A model generated the notes under the pieces. It worked only from the letters and a program-made list of their open reading frames with translations. It was not told where the DNA came from and made no database searches. A DNA stretch of 64,000 bases, taken from Nannocystis bainbridge (GTDB taxonomy: Bacteria; Myxococcota_A; Polyangia; Nannocystales; Nannocystaceae). How positions within the stretch are numbered: position 1 is the stretch's first letter; every line of letters starts with the position of its first letter. A program made the position numbers and the translations under genes. Location of the stretch: assembly GCF_028368995.1 (NCBI RefSeq), contig NZ_JAQNDL010000001.1, positions 2,304,001 through 2,368,000 of the forward strand, written 5' to 3'. This document shows, in pieces, positions 28,872-45,107 of this stretch.

Positions 28872-29960
28872 TCACAGCAAGCAGCCCGGCTGCTCGCGGT
28901 CGCAGCAGACGCAGGCGGCCTCGTCCCTCCGGATCGCGCAGCGCCCGGAGTCCCTCGGCGTGCCCTCGGGGTCGCCGACCTGGCGGCAGTGCTGCACGCA
29001 GTTGGTCGCGGCCAGCTTGCCGCGCACGCAGGCGACCATCGCGGCGCCGTCGCAGTAGGCGTCGCTGGTCTCCTCGACGCACGCGGTGCCGGGGCCGAAG
29101 CCGCACCCGAGCTCGCCGCTGCCCTCCACCGGCACGCCGGCGGGGTCGTAGGCGAAATCAAAACCCTTGTCCTGGCACAGCTCGTCGGCCGTGCGCAACA
29201 CCGGCCCCGCCCCGGGCAGCCGCGGGTCCTCGCCGCGCCACGGCACCTTCGGCGCCATCACGTGCCATAGCGCGGTCCACGTCTGCCAGTCGTGCCCGCC
29301 CGGGCGGGTGAACACGCGCTCCGGCGGCAGCATGCGCCCCAGCAGCGCCCGCCCGCGGTCGCCGTCCTCGGTCCCGTAGGCGAGGAAGATCGGCGGGTTC
29401 TTGGCCGCGCTCGCCTGCTTGAGCCAGCGCCAGATCTCGTAGTCCCACGGCCCCGCCTCGGCCTGCGGCTGCCACTGCTCCACGCCGGTCTCCTCGATCG
29501 GCTTCAGCGTGCGCCGGCGCCCGAGGTACGGCGCCATCAGGACCACGCCGCTGATCTCGCCCGGGTGCATCGACGCCGTCCAGATCGCCCCCATCCCGCC
29601 CATCGACAGCCCGACCAACCACACGCGCGCGTAGCCGGCCGCGCGCGCCGGTGCGACGACGTCGGTCCACAGCCGCGTCTCGGTCGACTGCTCGGCGTAA
29701 TAGCCCGAGTGCGCGTCGGCCAGGATCACGTCGACGCCCGCGGCCTCGATCTCGGCGACGAAGCCGTGGCGCACGAACTCCTGCGGCGCGTCGCCGTGGC
29801 CTTGCAGCAAGATCGCCACCGTGTCGCTGCGCTCACCCGCGTGGGCCCGCAGCTCGCTGTGGCGCATCGGCACCTGGGTCGCGAGGGGGAACGGACAGGC
29901 CGCCAGCGCCGCGACCGCGAGCGCGCCGAGGCCGGCGCCGATCCTCAGAACCTGGCTCAT
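28872..29960 (-). CDS. alpha/beta hydrolase lipoprotein with Cys-rich C-terminal extension
   Basis: Lipobox LAAC, GLSMGG nucleophile elbow, YGTED, GGHDW..W. Confidence 0.8.
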   Translation of the reverse strand: MSQVLRIGAGLGALAVAALAACPFPLATQVPMRHSELRAHAGERSDTVAILLQGHGDAPQEFVRHGFVAEIEAAGVDVILADAHSGYYAEQSTETRLWTDVVAPARAAGYARVWLVGLSMGGMGAIWTASMHPGEISGVVLMAPYLGRRRTLKPIEETGVEQWQPQAEAGPWDYEIWRWLKQASAAKNPPIFLAYGTEDGDRGRALLGRMLPPERVFTRPGGHDWQTWTALWHVMAPKVPWRGEDPRLPGAGPVLRTADELCQDKGFDFAYDPAGVPVEGSGELGCGFGPGTACVEETSDAYCDGAAMVACVRGKLAATNCVQHCRQVGDPEGTPRDSGRCAIRRDEAACVCCDREQPGCLL

Positions 29961-29994
29961 GGGACACCTCTCCGCGCGGCAAACCTATCACCGT

Positions 29995-32900
29995 TCAGCG
30001 GCGGCGCCACAACACGCGGCGGGTCCACTCGCTGGCGGCGATCCGGAGGTCGTCGAAGTAGGTGTACGCGACCGGCACGACCACCAGCGTCAGCACCGTC
30101 GCGGTCGTCATGCCGCCGACGAGGGTCTTGCCGAACGGGCCGTAGTCGAGGCCCTCGCCGTTGGGGGTGGTGAACGCGAGCGGGATCATGCCGCCGACGG
30201 TCGTCAGCGCGGTCATCAAGATCGGGCGGAACCGCTGCATGCCGGCCTGGACGATCGCCTCCTCGCGCGACAGCCCCGAGGCGCGGGCGCTGTTGATGAA
30301 GTCGACCAGGACGATGCCGTTGTTGACCACCACGCCGAGCAGCAGGAGGATCCCGATCACCGCCAGGGCGTCGATCGGCGAGCCGGTGAGCATCAAGAAC
30401 CACCACACGCCGATGAACGACAGCGGGATCGACGGCAGCACGCTCATCGGCAGGATGAAGCTCTCGAACAGGAAGCCCATCACCAGGAAGATGAAGGCTG
30501 TCGAGAGCACCATCGCCCCGACCATGTCGTTGCGCAGGGTGTCGGTCTCGCGCGTGTCGTGGTCGGCGTCGAAGCTGATGCCCGCGGGCAGGCGGTAGGT
30601 GGCGATGAACTTGCGCAGCTTGTCCATCACCTCGAGCCGGCCCTCCTCGGCCAGCTCGAGCCGGATCATCGCCGCCACCCGCTTGTCGTTGCGGATCAGC
30701 GCCTGCTCGCCCTTCTGCACCGTCATCTCGGTCAGCACCCGCACCGGCACCACCGTGCCCGGCTTCTTCTCGCTCGGGACCTTGAACTCGAGCAGCTCGC
30801 CGAGCTGCTCGCGGTCCTCCTTGCGGTAGCGGATCCGGACCTCGATCTCGCGGTCCTCGGTGGCGCTCTGGAACCGCGGCAGCACCTGCCCGCGGATCGC
30901 GTAGGCGATCGAGCTGGCGATGTTGCCGGCCGGGATGCCGAACCGCTCGGTCATCGTCCGGTCGACCGCCAGCGCCAGCTCGTCGCGGCGGACCGCGTCG
31001 GCGCCGCGGTTCGACACCCCGAGCACGCCCGGCTGCAGCAGCAGCGCCGTCTGCAGCGCCTCGCGGGCCTCCTGCACCGAGCGGTGGTCGTCGCCGTACA
31101 GCGTGACCATGAAGGTGTTGTCCTGGCCGCCGTCGGCCCCGCCGAAGCGGGCCTCCTTCACCCAGCCGGGCCGGCTGGGCATCTTGTCGTAGACCTCCTG
31201 GCGGACCTCGTTGAACGGGCGCTCGCCGGGCTGCTGCGGCTCGAAGAACACCTGCACCTGGGCGAAGCTGCCGTCGAAGCCGATGTACTGGCCGGAGATC
31301 CGGTAGTCGTCCTTGACCGCCGCGATCGACCGCTCGACGTCGCCGAAGAAGGCCTCGGCCTCCGGCTTGGTGACGTCGGACGGCATCGAGTAGTAGGTCC
31401 AGAAGTTGCGCGTGCCCATGTTCTCGCCGTTCGAGAACTTGACGTGCTGCATCGGGATGGCGCAGGTCGCCAGCAACAACAGCAGCGACGGGATCACGAC
31501 GTCGATGCGCCGCCGCAGGCTGCCGCGCAGCAGCGCCCCGTACCACCCGTTGAGCCGCCCGAGCGTGGCCGCGTACAGCCGCCCCATCCACTGCTTCCAC
31601 CACACGTCGACCGCCAGCACGGCGCGCCAGCGCTCGCCCCGGCGGCGCAGCGGGTCGGCGTCGCCGAGGGCCATGGCGCTCGTCATCGGCACCAGCACCA
31701 GCGCCACGAACAGGCTGGCCAGCAGCGACACGCACACCGGCGTGACCATGCGGATCATGAAGAACTGCGTCGGCCCCGAGCTCAGCAGCGCCGCCGGGGC
31801 GAACACGATCATCGTCGTCAGCGTCGCCAGCGTGATCGGCAGCGCCACCTCGGAGCCGCCGTGCAGCGCCGCCGCGTACGGGCCCATGCCGCGCTCGCGG
31901 TAGCGGTCGATGTTCTCCGCGACCACCACCGAGTTGTCGACCACCAGCCCGACGCAGATCATCAGCCCGAGCAGCGAGATGATGTTGATCGACTGGTCGA
32001 GGAAGTACATCACCGGCAGCGACAGGAAGATCGACAGCGGGATCGAGGCGGCGATCAGCAGCGTCAGGCGGACCCGGCGCAGGAAGAACAGCAGGACCAC
32101 GATCGCCAGCGCCCCGCCCTGCAGGCCCGAGCTGGTGACCTGGTTGAGCGAGTAGCGGATCGCGTCGCCCTGCATGAAGAAGTCCTTGACGGCGAAGCCC
32201 GTCAGCGCCGGCTCGTGCACCGCCGCCTCGACGGCGACGCGGATCTTGTCGCAGACCTCGACGGTGTTGGCCTGCGACTCCTTGAGCACGAACAGCACCA
32301 TCGACGGGCGCCCGTTGAAGCGGTCGATGCGGTCGCTCTCGGGGTAGTCGTAGACGACGTCGGCGATGTCCTTGAGCCGCAGGCTCTTCTGGCCGACGAT
32401 CGTGTCCTCGAGCTGCTGGACGGTCTGGTAGGTGGCGAGCGAGCGGACGACGAAGCGCCCGTCCGGATCGCGGATCTCGCCGCTGGCGAGGTTGAAGTTG
32501 GCCTGCGACAGCTTCTGCGCCAGCGAGAAGATGTTGACCCCGGCGGCCTCGGCGAGCGGCCGGTTGAGCTCGATGCGGATCTCGCGATCCTCTTTGCCCC
32601 AAAGGTTGACGAGGGCGACGCCGTCGATGCGCTCGATGGCGCGGACCAGGTGCTTCTGCACCTTGTCGCGCGGCAGCTCGATCGACTCGTCCCAGGTCAC
32701 GCTGTAGAACGCGACCGGGATGCCCGCGCCCGACTGCTTTTGGATCCGCACCCGCTGGACGTCGGTCGGCAGCTCCGGCCGCGCGCGCGCGACCCGGTCG
32801 CGGACCTCGCGGTAGGCGACGTCCATGTCGGTGTCGCCCTCGAACACCAGCGTCACGCTGGCGCGGTCGGCCCGCGAGGTGGCGCTGATCTCCTCGAGCC

Positions 32901-33167
32901 CCGGCGTGGTCGCCAGCGACTGCTCGAGCGGCCGGGTGATCCGGTCCTCGATGTCCTGCGCGGTCGCGTTCGGGTACGGCACCTCGATCATCAAGAACGG
33001 CGCCGAGAAGCCCGACGGGATCAGCTCGAGCGGGATGCCGAAGAACGCGACGACCCCGATCACGACCGCGCTGAGCAGCGCCATCAGCATCGTCACCGGC
33101 CGCACCAGCGACAGGTGGACCATGCCGTTGTCGCGCAGCTCGGACCCCGGGACCGACGACGGCGCGC

Positions 33168-33171
<4 letters not shown>
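29995..33171 (-). CDS. RND efflux transporter permease subunit (AcrB/MdtB-C family)
   Basis: GLVVDNSVVVAENI, GVVVNNGIVLVD, RFRPILMT; ATG overlaps the upstream gene's stop. Confidence 0.92.
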
Positions 33172-36779
<3,608 letters not shown>

Positions 36780-36782
36780 GGC

Positions 36783-38000
36783 TCAGCCCTCCTTGGCGGC
36801 AGTCTTCGGGGCGTCGGCCGCGGCCTCGGCGGGCTTGTCGTCGCCCGCGGGCTTGGCCTCCGCGGGCTTGTCGGCGGGCTTGTCGGCGGGCTTGGCCTCG
36901 CCTTCGGGGCGGCCTTGCATGTCGACGCGGGCGATCTTCGCCCCGTCCTTGAGGCCCGTCTGTCCGGCCACGATCACCGCCTCGCCGGGCCCGAGGCCCT
37001 TGAGGATCTCGACCCGCTCGGCGTCCTGCAGCCCGAGCTCGACGCGCACGCGGCGGGCCTGCTCGCCCTCGGGCACGAACACGTAGGTCTGCTCCTCGTC
37101 GTGGACGATCGCGCCCTTCGGCACCAGCGCGACGTCCTCGCGGTGGTCGACCGTCAGCGTGACCTCGGCGTACATGCCCGGGAGGAAGCCCTGGGCGCCG
37201 GCCAGCTCTTGCGGCAGCGCGACCGTCATTTTCACGGTGCCGGTGCCGGCGTCGACCGTCGGCGAGATCCGCAGGACCTTGCCGACGCCCTTGCGGCCCT
37301 TCGCCGCCTTGCCGAGCACCAGCGCCTCCTGCCCGACCTTGACGCGGTCGAGCTCCTTCTCCGGCACGAACACGCGGGCCACCAGCGTGTTGAAGTCGGT
37401 CACCTGCAGCAGTTCGGCGCCGTTGGTGACGAAGCCGCCCTCGGTCACCTTGCGCACGGTGACCGTGCCCGAGAACGGCGCCGTCACCTTGGTGTTCTTC
37501 ATCTCGCGGGTGCGGTCGCGCAGGTCGAGCTCGGCGATGTCGAGCTGGTTGCGGGCCTTCTGGAACTCTTCGTGGCCGAGCACGCGCTCGTTGTAGAGCT
37601 GCTCGATGCGCTGGAAGTCGGTCTGCGCCTTGGCCAGCGAGGTGTTGGCGCGCAGCAGCGAGTTGGCCTGGGCGTCGAAGCGGATCCTCGCCAGCACCTG
37701 GCCTTCCTTGACCTTGTCGCCCTCCTCGACCGTGAGGTCGACGAGCCGGCCGACCGACTCGGAGTGGACGGTGACCTGGCGTTCGGCCTCGATCGTGCTG
37801 GCGGCCGAGATCGTCGCCGTGATCGCGCCGCGCTCGACGGTGCCGACGACCACCGGGCTCGGTTGCTCGACCACTTCTGCGTCCGCGGCCTTCTTTTCGA
37901 CCCCGCCGGCGCTGGCCTGGCAACCGAGCGCGAGCGCGAGCGAGAGCGCCAACCAATGACGCGACGGACGGATCCTCGTGGGGGCGGGCGAACTCAGCAT
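36783..38000 (-). CDS. RND efflux periplasmic adaptor (MFP) lipoprotein
   Basis: Lipobox ALGC, VEEGDKVKEGQVLA, APFSG, LPGMY, GLGPGE.V. Confidence 0.9.
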   Translation of the reverse strand: MLSSPAPTRIRPSRHWLALSLALALGCQASAGGVEKKAADAEVVEQPSPVVVGTVERGAITATISAASTIEAERQVTVHSESVGRLVDLTVEEGDKVKEGQVLARIRFDAQANSLLRANTSLAKAQTDFQRIEQLYNERVLGHEEFQKARNQLDIAELDLRDRTREMKNTKVTAPFSGTVTVRKVTEGGFVTNGAELLQVTDFNTLVARVFVPEKELDRVKVGQEALVLGKAAKGRKGVGKVLRISPTVDAGTGTVKMTVALPQELAGAQGFLPGMYAEVTLTVDHREDVALVPKGAIVHDEEQTYVFVPEGEQARRVRVELGLQDAERVEILKGLGPGEAVIVAGQTGLKDGAKIARVDMQGRPEGEAKPADKPADKPAEAKPAGDDKPAEAAADAPKTAAKEG

Positions 38001-38156
38001 GTCCAGGCCTTACGCCTCGCGGCATAGCACGAAAGCGAAGAGATCGCCGCGGACTCCCGCAGCGCTCTCGCGGTCGATGCATCGCGCAGCGGAGGGCTGC
38101 GACCTCCGCAGCGCGCGCCTGGTTTCATCCGCCGACGAATTCTCGCGTAGGGGCCC

Positions 38157-38975
38157 TCACGCCCCGGCAGCCAGCGCCGCGAGCACGACCTCGGCCATCT
38201 CGACGAAGCCGGCGCCCTCGCGCGCCGCGGTGATGAATTGGGGGGCTTCGGGCAGGTACGGCAGTTGCTCGGCGATGTCGGCGGTCCCCACCGTCGCGCC
38301 GAAGCGGCCGCCGACGAACAGGCCCGCGTCGTTCGGCGCGTCGCCGATCGTCACGATCGCCCGCGGGTCGAGCCCGAGCTCGGTCGCCATCTGCAGCACC
38401 GCGGCGCCCTTGTCGGGCACCGACTCGGCCAGGTGCACATGCACGTTCGACCACACGAGGTGCACGCCCATCTCGGCGGCCAGGTCGCGCAGGCGGACCA
38501 GCTCGGGCTCCTCGCGGCCGTCGCGTTCGAAGGCGATGTCGCCCAGGCGGCAGAAGTCGTCGCCGGTGAGGCGCAGGCGGGCGTCGTGCTCGGCGTTGAG
38601 GCGCTCGCCGACCTGGCGCAGGCGCGGCTTGTCGGTCGGCCTGCCGAGCCAGCGCGGCGCGCGGTCCGGGATCACCTCGAGCAGGCCGTTCTCCGCCAGT
38701 CCACGCGTGACGCCGGGCAGGTAGCGGCACAGCCCCGTGACTTCACCCGCCGGCCGGCCCGACACCGGCATGACCGCGACCCCCGCGGCGACCAGGCGGG
38801 TGATCGCCGCCAGCGCCGCCGGATCCAGCTTCCCCGCCCGGGTCAACGTTCCGTCGACGTCGGTCGCAATCAGCGCAGGCCGCACGGACGGCCTCAGGCG
38901 CGAAATCGGCGTAATTTCCGGGGCTTTACCCGATGTGCCTTCGGGGGGGGGGTGGCTCGGCAGGTGTGTGTTCAT
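38157..38975 (-). CDS. HAD-superfamily hydrolase (IIB)
   Basis: ATDVDGTLT, SGR, DKG, IGDAPND. Confidence 0.85.
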   Translation of the reverse strand: MNTHLPSHPPPEGTSGKAPEITPISRLRPSVRPALIATDVDGTLTRAGKLDPAALAAITRLVAAGVAVMPVSGRPAGEVTGLCRYLPGVTRGLAENGLLEVIPDRAPRWLGRPTDKPRLRQVGERLNAEHDARLRLTGDDFCRLGDIAFERDGREEPELVRLRDLAAEMGVHLVWSNVHVHLAESVPDKGAAVLQMATELGLDPRAIVTIGDAPNDAGLFVGGRFGATVGTADIAEQLPYLPEAPQFITAAREGAGFVEMAEVVLAALAAGA

Positions 38976-39045
38976 GGGACCGGCGGCTCGTTCGCGGGCC
39001 CCCTTGCTGTCTCGCGGGGCCCTCGTGATAGTTTTCGTGCGGGCT

Positions 39046-40254
<1,209 letters not shown>

Positions 40255-40442
40255 GGGCGGGGCGCTCGCCGGCCCGGTTTTTACGGTGTTCGGCGCGCCC
40301 ACGAGCCGTCCTGGCGACGCGATCTCCCGCTCGCTGGCCCGCGATCGGCTGCTCCGGCGCGGCGGCCGTCGCGCTTGCCCCGATCCTCGCGTCTGAGCCC
40401 GTTTGGCCGCCGTAGCCGGCGCGTTTCATCACGTTTTTCCCT

Positions 40443-40472
40443 TTGACACGGACGCCTCGTTTCCGCTATCTA
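40443..40472 (+). promoter_or_regulatory. probable sigma70 promoter of tRNA-Pro
   Basis: TTGACA at 40443 and TATCT at about 40467, just upstream of the tRNA. Confidence 0.5.
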
Positions 40473-40486
40473 GCCGGCCTCCTCTT

Positions 40487-40560
40487 CGGGGTGTAGCGCA
40501 GCCTGGTAGCGCACCTGGTTCGGGACCAGGGAGTCGGAGGTTCAAATCCTCTCACCCCGA
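40487..40560 (+). tRNA. tRNA-Pro (anticodon CGG), CCA not encoded
   Basis: CGGGGTG/CACCCCG acceptor stem, GCGC D stem, CCTGG-TTCGGGA-CCAGG anticodon arm, GGTTCAAATCC T arm. Confidence 0.96.
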
Positions 40561-40574
40561 CAACAAAAGTGAGC

Positions 40575-40610
40575 AGGCCCGCGGTCGCAAGACCCGGGCC
40601 TTCTTGCTTT
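40575..40610 (+). terminator. intrinsic terminator-like hairpin after tRNA-Pro
   Basis: GGCCCG..GGTC-GCAA-GACC-CGGGCC followed by TTCTTGCTTT. Confidence 0.55.
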
Positions 40611-40844
40611 GGTCCGCGCGACGCGAGCCTCGCCGCGAGCGCGAGGACGGTGAGCTTGCGAGCGGGCGCGCTCGAGTCTGCGGAATTCGAAGCGAGCCTT
40701 GCGGCGACCGAGCGCGACATGTCGGCGCGCTTCGATCTGCGACCAGTCTCTTCGAACATGTCCCGACGGACATTTGATTCCCGCGCGCCCGCGCGCCCCG
40801 CCGGCCTGTAAGAGCCCGTCGCGGCCCGGCGTTGGGGCGGCTGC

Positions 40845-42416
40845 ATGACCCGCACGCGCCTCGTCCCCCTCGCCGTCCTGCTGCTCCTCACCCCCGCCTG
40901 CGCGAAGCGGGCCGGCTACCACAGCGACGCCGCCGGGGGCTACGGCGCGACCGCGACCGCCGCCATGGAGGCGCCGAACAGCGAGAGCTACGCGCACGTC
41001 GCCGAGAACGCGTTCAAGCGGGTCGCCGACGACCCGCTCTCGACCTTCTCGATCGACGTCGACACGGCCTCTTACAGCAACGTGCGTCGCTTCCTCGAGG
41101 ACGGCCAGCTGCCGCCGGCCGACGCCGTCCGCATCGAGGAGATGATCAACTACTTCTCGTACGCCTACCCCGAGCCCGCGGGCGCGCAGCCGTTCTCGGT
41201 GCGGACCGAGGTCGCGGCCTGTCCGTGGAACGACAAGGCGCGGCTGGTGCAGATCGGGATCAAGGGCAAGTCGCTGGCGCCGGCCGAGATCCCGCCGCGC
41301 AACCTGGTGTTCCTGCTCGACGTCTCGGGCAGCATGGCGAGCCCCGACAAGCTGCCGCTGCTGCAGCGCTCGCTGACGATGCTGGTCGCCGACCTCCGCC
41401 CGGTCGACAGCGTCGGCATCGTCGTCTACGCCGGCGCCGCGGGCGTCGTGCTCGAGCCGACCTCCGACCGCGACGCGATCGTCGCTGCCATCGATCGGCT
41501 CTACGCCGGCGGCGCGACCAACGGCGGCCAGGGCATCGAGGCCGCCTACGCCTTGGCCCAGCGGTCGTTCCGCAAGGGCGGCATCAACCGCGTGATCCTG
41601 GCGACCGACGGCGACTTCAACGTCGGCGTCAGCAGCGAGGGCGCGCTGCAGCAGCTCATCGAGCGCAAGCGCGACAGCGGCATCTTCCTGTCGGTCCTCG
41701 GCTTCGGCACCGGCAACGTCAAGGACAGCACGATGGAGCTGCTGGCCGACAAGGGCAACGGCAACTACGCCTACATCGACGGCCTGCAGGAGGCGCGCAA
41801 GGTCCTGGTCGAGCAGGCCGGCGCCACCCTCGTCACGATCGCCAAGGACGTGAAGATCCAGGTCGAGTTCAACCCGCTCGCGGTCGGCGCCTACCGCCTC
41901 GTCGGCTACGAGAACCGCATGCTCGCGCACCAGGACTTCAACGACGATCGCAAGGACGCCGGCGAGATCGGTGCCGGTCACACCGTCACCGCGCTCTACG
42001 AGGTCCTGCCGCCCGGGGCCGAGGGCGCGGTGCCCGGCGTCGATCCGCTGCGCTATCAACGGCCCGCGTCGGCGGCCGCGACCGGCAGCGGCGAGCTCAT
42101 GCACGTCAAGCTGCGCTTCAAGCCGCCCGAGGGCGACGACAGCCAGCTGCTCACCATGCCGGTCGCCGACCCCGGCAGCGCCCTCGACGCGGCCTCCGAC
42201 GACCTCAGGTTCGCCGCCGCGGTCGCCATGTTCGGCATGAAGCTGCGCAACTCCGAGCACGCGAAGGCCATCTCGTACCGGCAGATCCGCGGCCTCGCCG
42301 AGGGCGCTCTCGGCCCCGATCCGCGGGGCTATCGCCGCGGCATGCTGGCCCTGCTCGGCCTCGCCGCCGGCCGCCAGGGCGAGCCGCTCGAGGCGCCTGT
42401 CGGCGTGGCCCGCTGA
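40845..42416 (+). CDS. YfbK-like VWA domain lipoprotein
   Basis: STFSIDVDTASY, RIEEMINYF, DVSGSM, LATDGDFNVG, IAKDVKIQVEFNP. Confidence 0.9.
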   Translation: MTRTRLVPLAVLLLLTPACAKRAGYHSDAAGGYGATATAAMEAPNSESYAHVAENAFKRVADDPLSTFSIDVDTASYSNVRRFLEDGQLPPADAVRIEEMINYFSYAYPEPAGAQPFSVRTEVAACPWNDKARLVQIGIKGKSLAPAEIPPRNLVFLLDVSGSMASPDKLPLLQRSLTMLVADLRPVDSVGIVVYAGAAGVVLEPTSDRDAIVAAIDRLYAGGATNGGQGIEAAYALAQRSFRKGGINRVILATDGDFNVGVSSEGALQQLIERKRDSGIFLSVLGFGTGNVKDSTMELLADKGNGNYAYIDGLQEARKVLVEQAGATLVTIAKDVKIQVEFNPLAVGAYRLVGYENRMLAHQDFNDDRKDAGEIGAGHTVTALYEVLPPGAEGAVPGVDPLRYQRPASAAATGSGELMHVKLRFKPPEGDDSQLLTMPVADPGSALDAASDDLRFAAAVAMFGMKLRNSEHAKAISYRQIRGLAEGALGPDPRGYRRGMLALLGLAAGRQGEPLEAPVGVAR

Positions 42417-42475
42417 GCCCGCGAGCGCCCCGCGATTTGCGGCCGCCCGCCGCCCGGCCCGGGCATACTCGCCGC

Positions 42476-44752
42476 ATGCGCCGCTCCCCGCGCGCCCTCG
42501 GCCTCGCCGCGGGCCTCCTCGCCCTCGCCGCCTGCGCCACCGGGCCGCGCGGCTACCCGACCGCCCCGACCCCGACCGGCGCCAATCAACCTGGCCCTTC
42601 GAACACGTCCCCCGGGACAGGTCCTTCGCAACCCGCCCCCAGCAACAACCACACCGGCCCCGACCCCGCGGTCGCCGTGGCTGCCGGCGGCCTCCACACC
42701 TGCGCCGTGCTGCGCTCCGGCGCGGTCGACTGCTGGGGCCGCGGCGCCAGCGGCGAGCTCGGCGACGGCAACCTGCGCGACAGCCCGCGGCCGGTGCGGG
42801 TGGTCGGCCTCGGCGAAGTCATCCAGCTCGCGCTCGGCGACCAGCACAGCTGCGCCCTCGTGCGCGGCGGCCAGGTCCAGTGCTGGGGCAGCAACGGCGC
42901 CGGTCAGCTCGGCGACGGCGCCGGCCGGCCCGGGGCCCAGAGCGCCCGCCCCACCCCCGTGCGCGGGCTCGCCGACGCCGTCGCCATCGCCGCCGGCCCG
43001 AGCCACACCTGCGCCGCCCGCAAGACCGGCCAGATCGCCTGCTGGGGCGACAACCGCCACGCCCAGGTCGGCGACCTCAGCCGCCAGGTGTGGGTCTCGC
43101 CCGCGCTGGTCCCCGCGGTCACCAACGCCGCCGAGGTCGCCGCCGGCGCGCGTCACACCTGCGCCAGAGTACAGGGCGGAAAGGTCATGTGCTGGGGGAC
43201 AGGTTCTCACGGACAGCTCGGCGATCGCGGCAGCGCCCGCGCGCCCGGCCTGGTCCCCGGGGTCGAAGGCGTGCAGGCGCTGGCGGCCGGCCAGGGCCAC
43301 ACCTGCGCGCTCAAGGCCGGCGGCGGCGCGCTGTGCTGGGGCGCCGGCTTCGGCAAGCTGCCGGTCGACATCAGCGGCGTGTCCGGGGCCGTGGCTCTGA
43401 CCGCCGGCGAGGCCCACACCTGCGCCCGCACCAGCGACGGCGCTGTCCGCTGCTGGGGCGACAACGCCAACGGCCAGCTCGGCGACGGCACCAGCGAGGA
43501 CCGCAAGGCCGGGGCCGCGGTCGTCGGCCTCACGCAGGCCGTCAGCGTCGCCGCCGGGGCCGACCACACCTGCGCCGCCCTGCGCGGCGGCGGCGTGGTC
43601 TGCTGGGGCAGCAACGGCGCCGGCGCGCTCGGCAACGGCGTCGCCGGCGAGGAGACCGAGGGCGTCGCCGTCAGCGTCCGCAACCTCACCGGCGTCAGCG
43701 AGATCGCCAGCGGCGACGACTTCTCCTGCGCCCTGTCCGGCGGCGCCGTGCAGTGCTGGGGCGCCGGCAACATGGGCCAGCTCGGCGACGGCTCGCAGGG
43801 CGACCGCGGCGGCGCCGACGACGTCACCGGCATCGAAGACGCGGTCCAGATCGCCGCCGGTCGCAACCACGCCTGCGCCCGCCGCAAGTCCGGCGCGGTC
43901 GCGTGCTGGGGTCAGAACGGCCGCGGCCAGCTCGGCGACGGCAGCAAGCAGACCCGCAGCCGCCCGGTCGCGGTCGCCGGACTGAGCGACGCGGTCGAGA
44001 TCGGCGCCGGTCGCGACCACACCTGCGCCCAGCGCAAATCGGGCCAGGTCGTGTGCTGGGGCCGCGGCGCCGAGGGCCAGGTCGCGGTCGGCAAGATCGA
44101 GGACGCCGACCGACCGACGATCGTCGCCGGGTCGTTCGGACAGGTCACGCAATTCGCGATGGGCGAGGTCCACAGCTGCGCGCTGCAGTCGAACCGGATC
44201 CCGCTGTGCTGGGGGCAGAACCGCTGGGGCCAGCTCGGCAACCTCGTCGGCGTCGGCACCCAGACCGGCCAGGCGGTGGTCCCGGTGATGAAGCTGCTGC
44301 CGGCCGAGGAGGTCACCGCCGGGGCGCTTCACACCTGCGCCCGCATCACCAACGGCGAGGTCTATTGCTGGGGTAACACCGACGACGGCCAGCTCGGCGC
44401 CGGCCTCACGATCGCCTCGGTCGCGCGCGTGCGCGTCAAGGACGTGCGCGGCACGATGGCGATCGCCGGCGGCGAGGCGCACACCTGCGCGGCGGTGGCC
44501 GGCGGCCAGATCTACTGCTGGGGTCGCGACAACGCCGGCCAGCTCGGCGACCGCGGCACGCAGCTGCAGCGGTTCCCCGTGGCCGGCCCGCGCATCGACG
44601 GCACCATCCGCCTCAGCGCCGGCTCCGAACACACCTGCGCCCTGCGCCAGAACGGCCGCGTGCTGTGCTGGGGCAGCAACCAGCGTGGCCAACTCGGCGG
44701 CGGCACCGGCAGCCAGACGACCACCCCGACCGCCGTGGTCGACATCCCGTAA
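42476..44752 (+). CDS. RCC1-repeat beta-propeller lipoprotein
   Basis: Lipobox LAAC; about 14 repeats of AG..HTCA....G.V.CWG.N..GQLGDG. Confidence 0.9.
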   Translation: MRRSPRALGLAAGLLALAACATGPRGYPTAPTPTGANQPGPSNTSPGTGPSQPAPSNNHTGPDPAVAVAAGGLHTCAVLRSGAVDCWGRGASGELGDGNLRDSPRPVRVVGLGEVIQLALGDQHSCALVRGGQVQCWGSNGAGQLGDGAGRPGAQSARPTPVRGLADAVAIAAGPSHTCAARKTGQIACWGDNRHAQVGDLSRQVWVSPALVPAVTNAAEVAAGARHTCARVQGGKVMCWGTGSHGQLGDRGSARAPGLVPGVEGVQALAAGQGHTCALKAGGGALCWGAGFGKLPVDISGVSGAVALTAGEAHTCARTSDGAVRCWGDNANGQLGDGTSEDRKAGAAVVGLTQAVSVAAGADHTCAALRGGGVVCWGSNGAGALGNGVAGEETEGVAVSVRNLTGVSEIASGDDFSCALSGGAVQCWGAGNMGQLGDGSQGDRGGADDVTGIEDAVQIAAGRNHACARRKSGAVACWGQNGRGQLGDGSKQTRSRPVAVAGLSDAVEIGAGRDHTCAQRKSGQVVCWGRGAEGQVAVGKIEDADRPTIVAGSFGQVTQFAMGEVHSCALQSNRIPLCWGQNRWGQLGNLVGVGTQTGQAVVPVMKLLPAEEVTAGALHTCARITNGEVYCWGNTDDGQLGAGLTIASVARVRVKDVRGTMAIAGGEAHTCAAVAGGQIYCWGRDNAGQLGDRGTQLQRFPVAGPRIDGTIRLSAGSEHTCALRQNGRVLCWGSNQRGQLGGGTGSQTTTPTAVVDIP

Positions 44753-44765
44753 ATCCGATTAAATG

Positions 44766-44843
44766 GACATGTCTCGAGAGACATGTCCTTTAGGACATTC
44801 TTGATGGGACATGTCGCCATGGACATGTCTTTATCGACATGTC
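44766..44843. repeat. six-unit 14-bp-period GACATGTC array
   Basis: Cores at 44766, 44780, 44794, 44808, 44822, 44836. Confidence 0.9.
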
Positions 44844-45107
44844 CTTCATGTCCGGAGGTCACCGCCCCTGCAGTCACGCGCCGGCGCCTCACGACGCGGG
44901 CGTGCTCATCGCTCTATGCGCCGACTCGCGCGCGGCCGCGCTCGGCGGATCACGAGCGGCGACGGAGCCACGCTCGGCGGGCTCGCCGGAGGATCACGAG
45001 CGGCTACCGACGCAGCGCCGTGAGCGGCGGAACCCACGGTGGGCGAGCGGCCTGCGGGTCGCTGCGTCGGCATGGACACGCGGCCGGCCTGCGCGCATCC
45101 TCCCGAC

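Noticed and set aside
40487-40800. Integrative element at tRNA-Pro
   Set aside because: There is no integrase, no duplicated tRNA 3' end and no compositional shift.
44947-45004. Direct repeat GGATCACGAGCGGC at 44947 and 44991
   Set aside because: There are only two copies in GC-rich DNA, which is too little to assign an operator or array.
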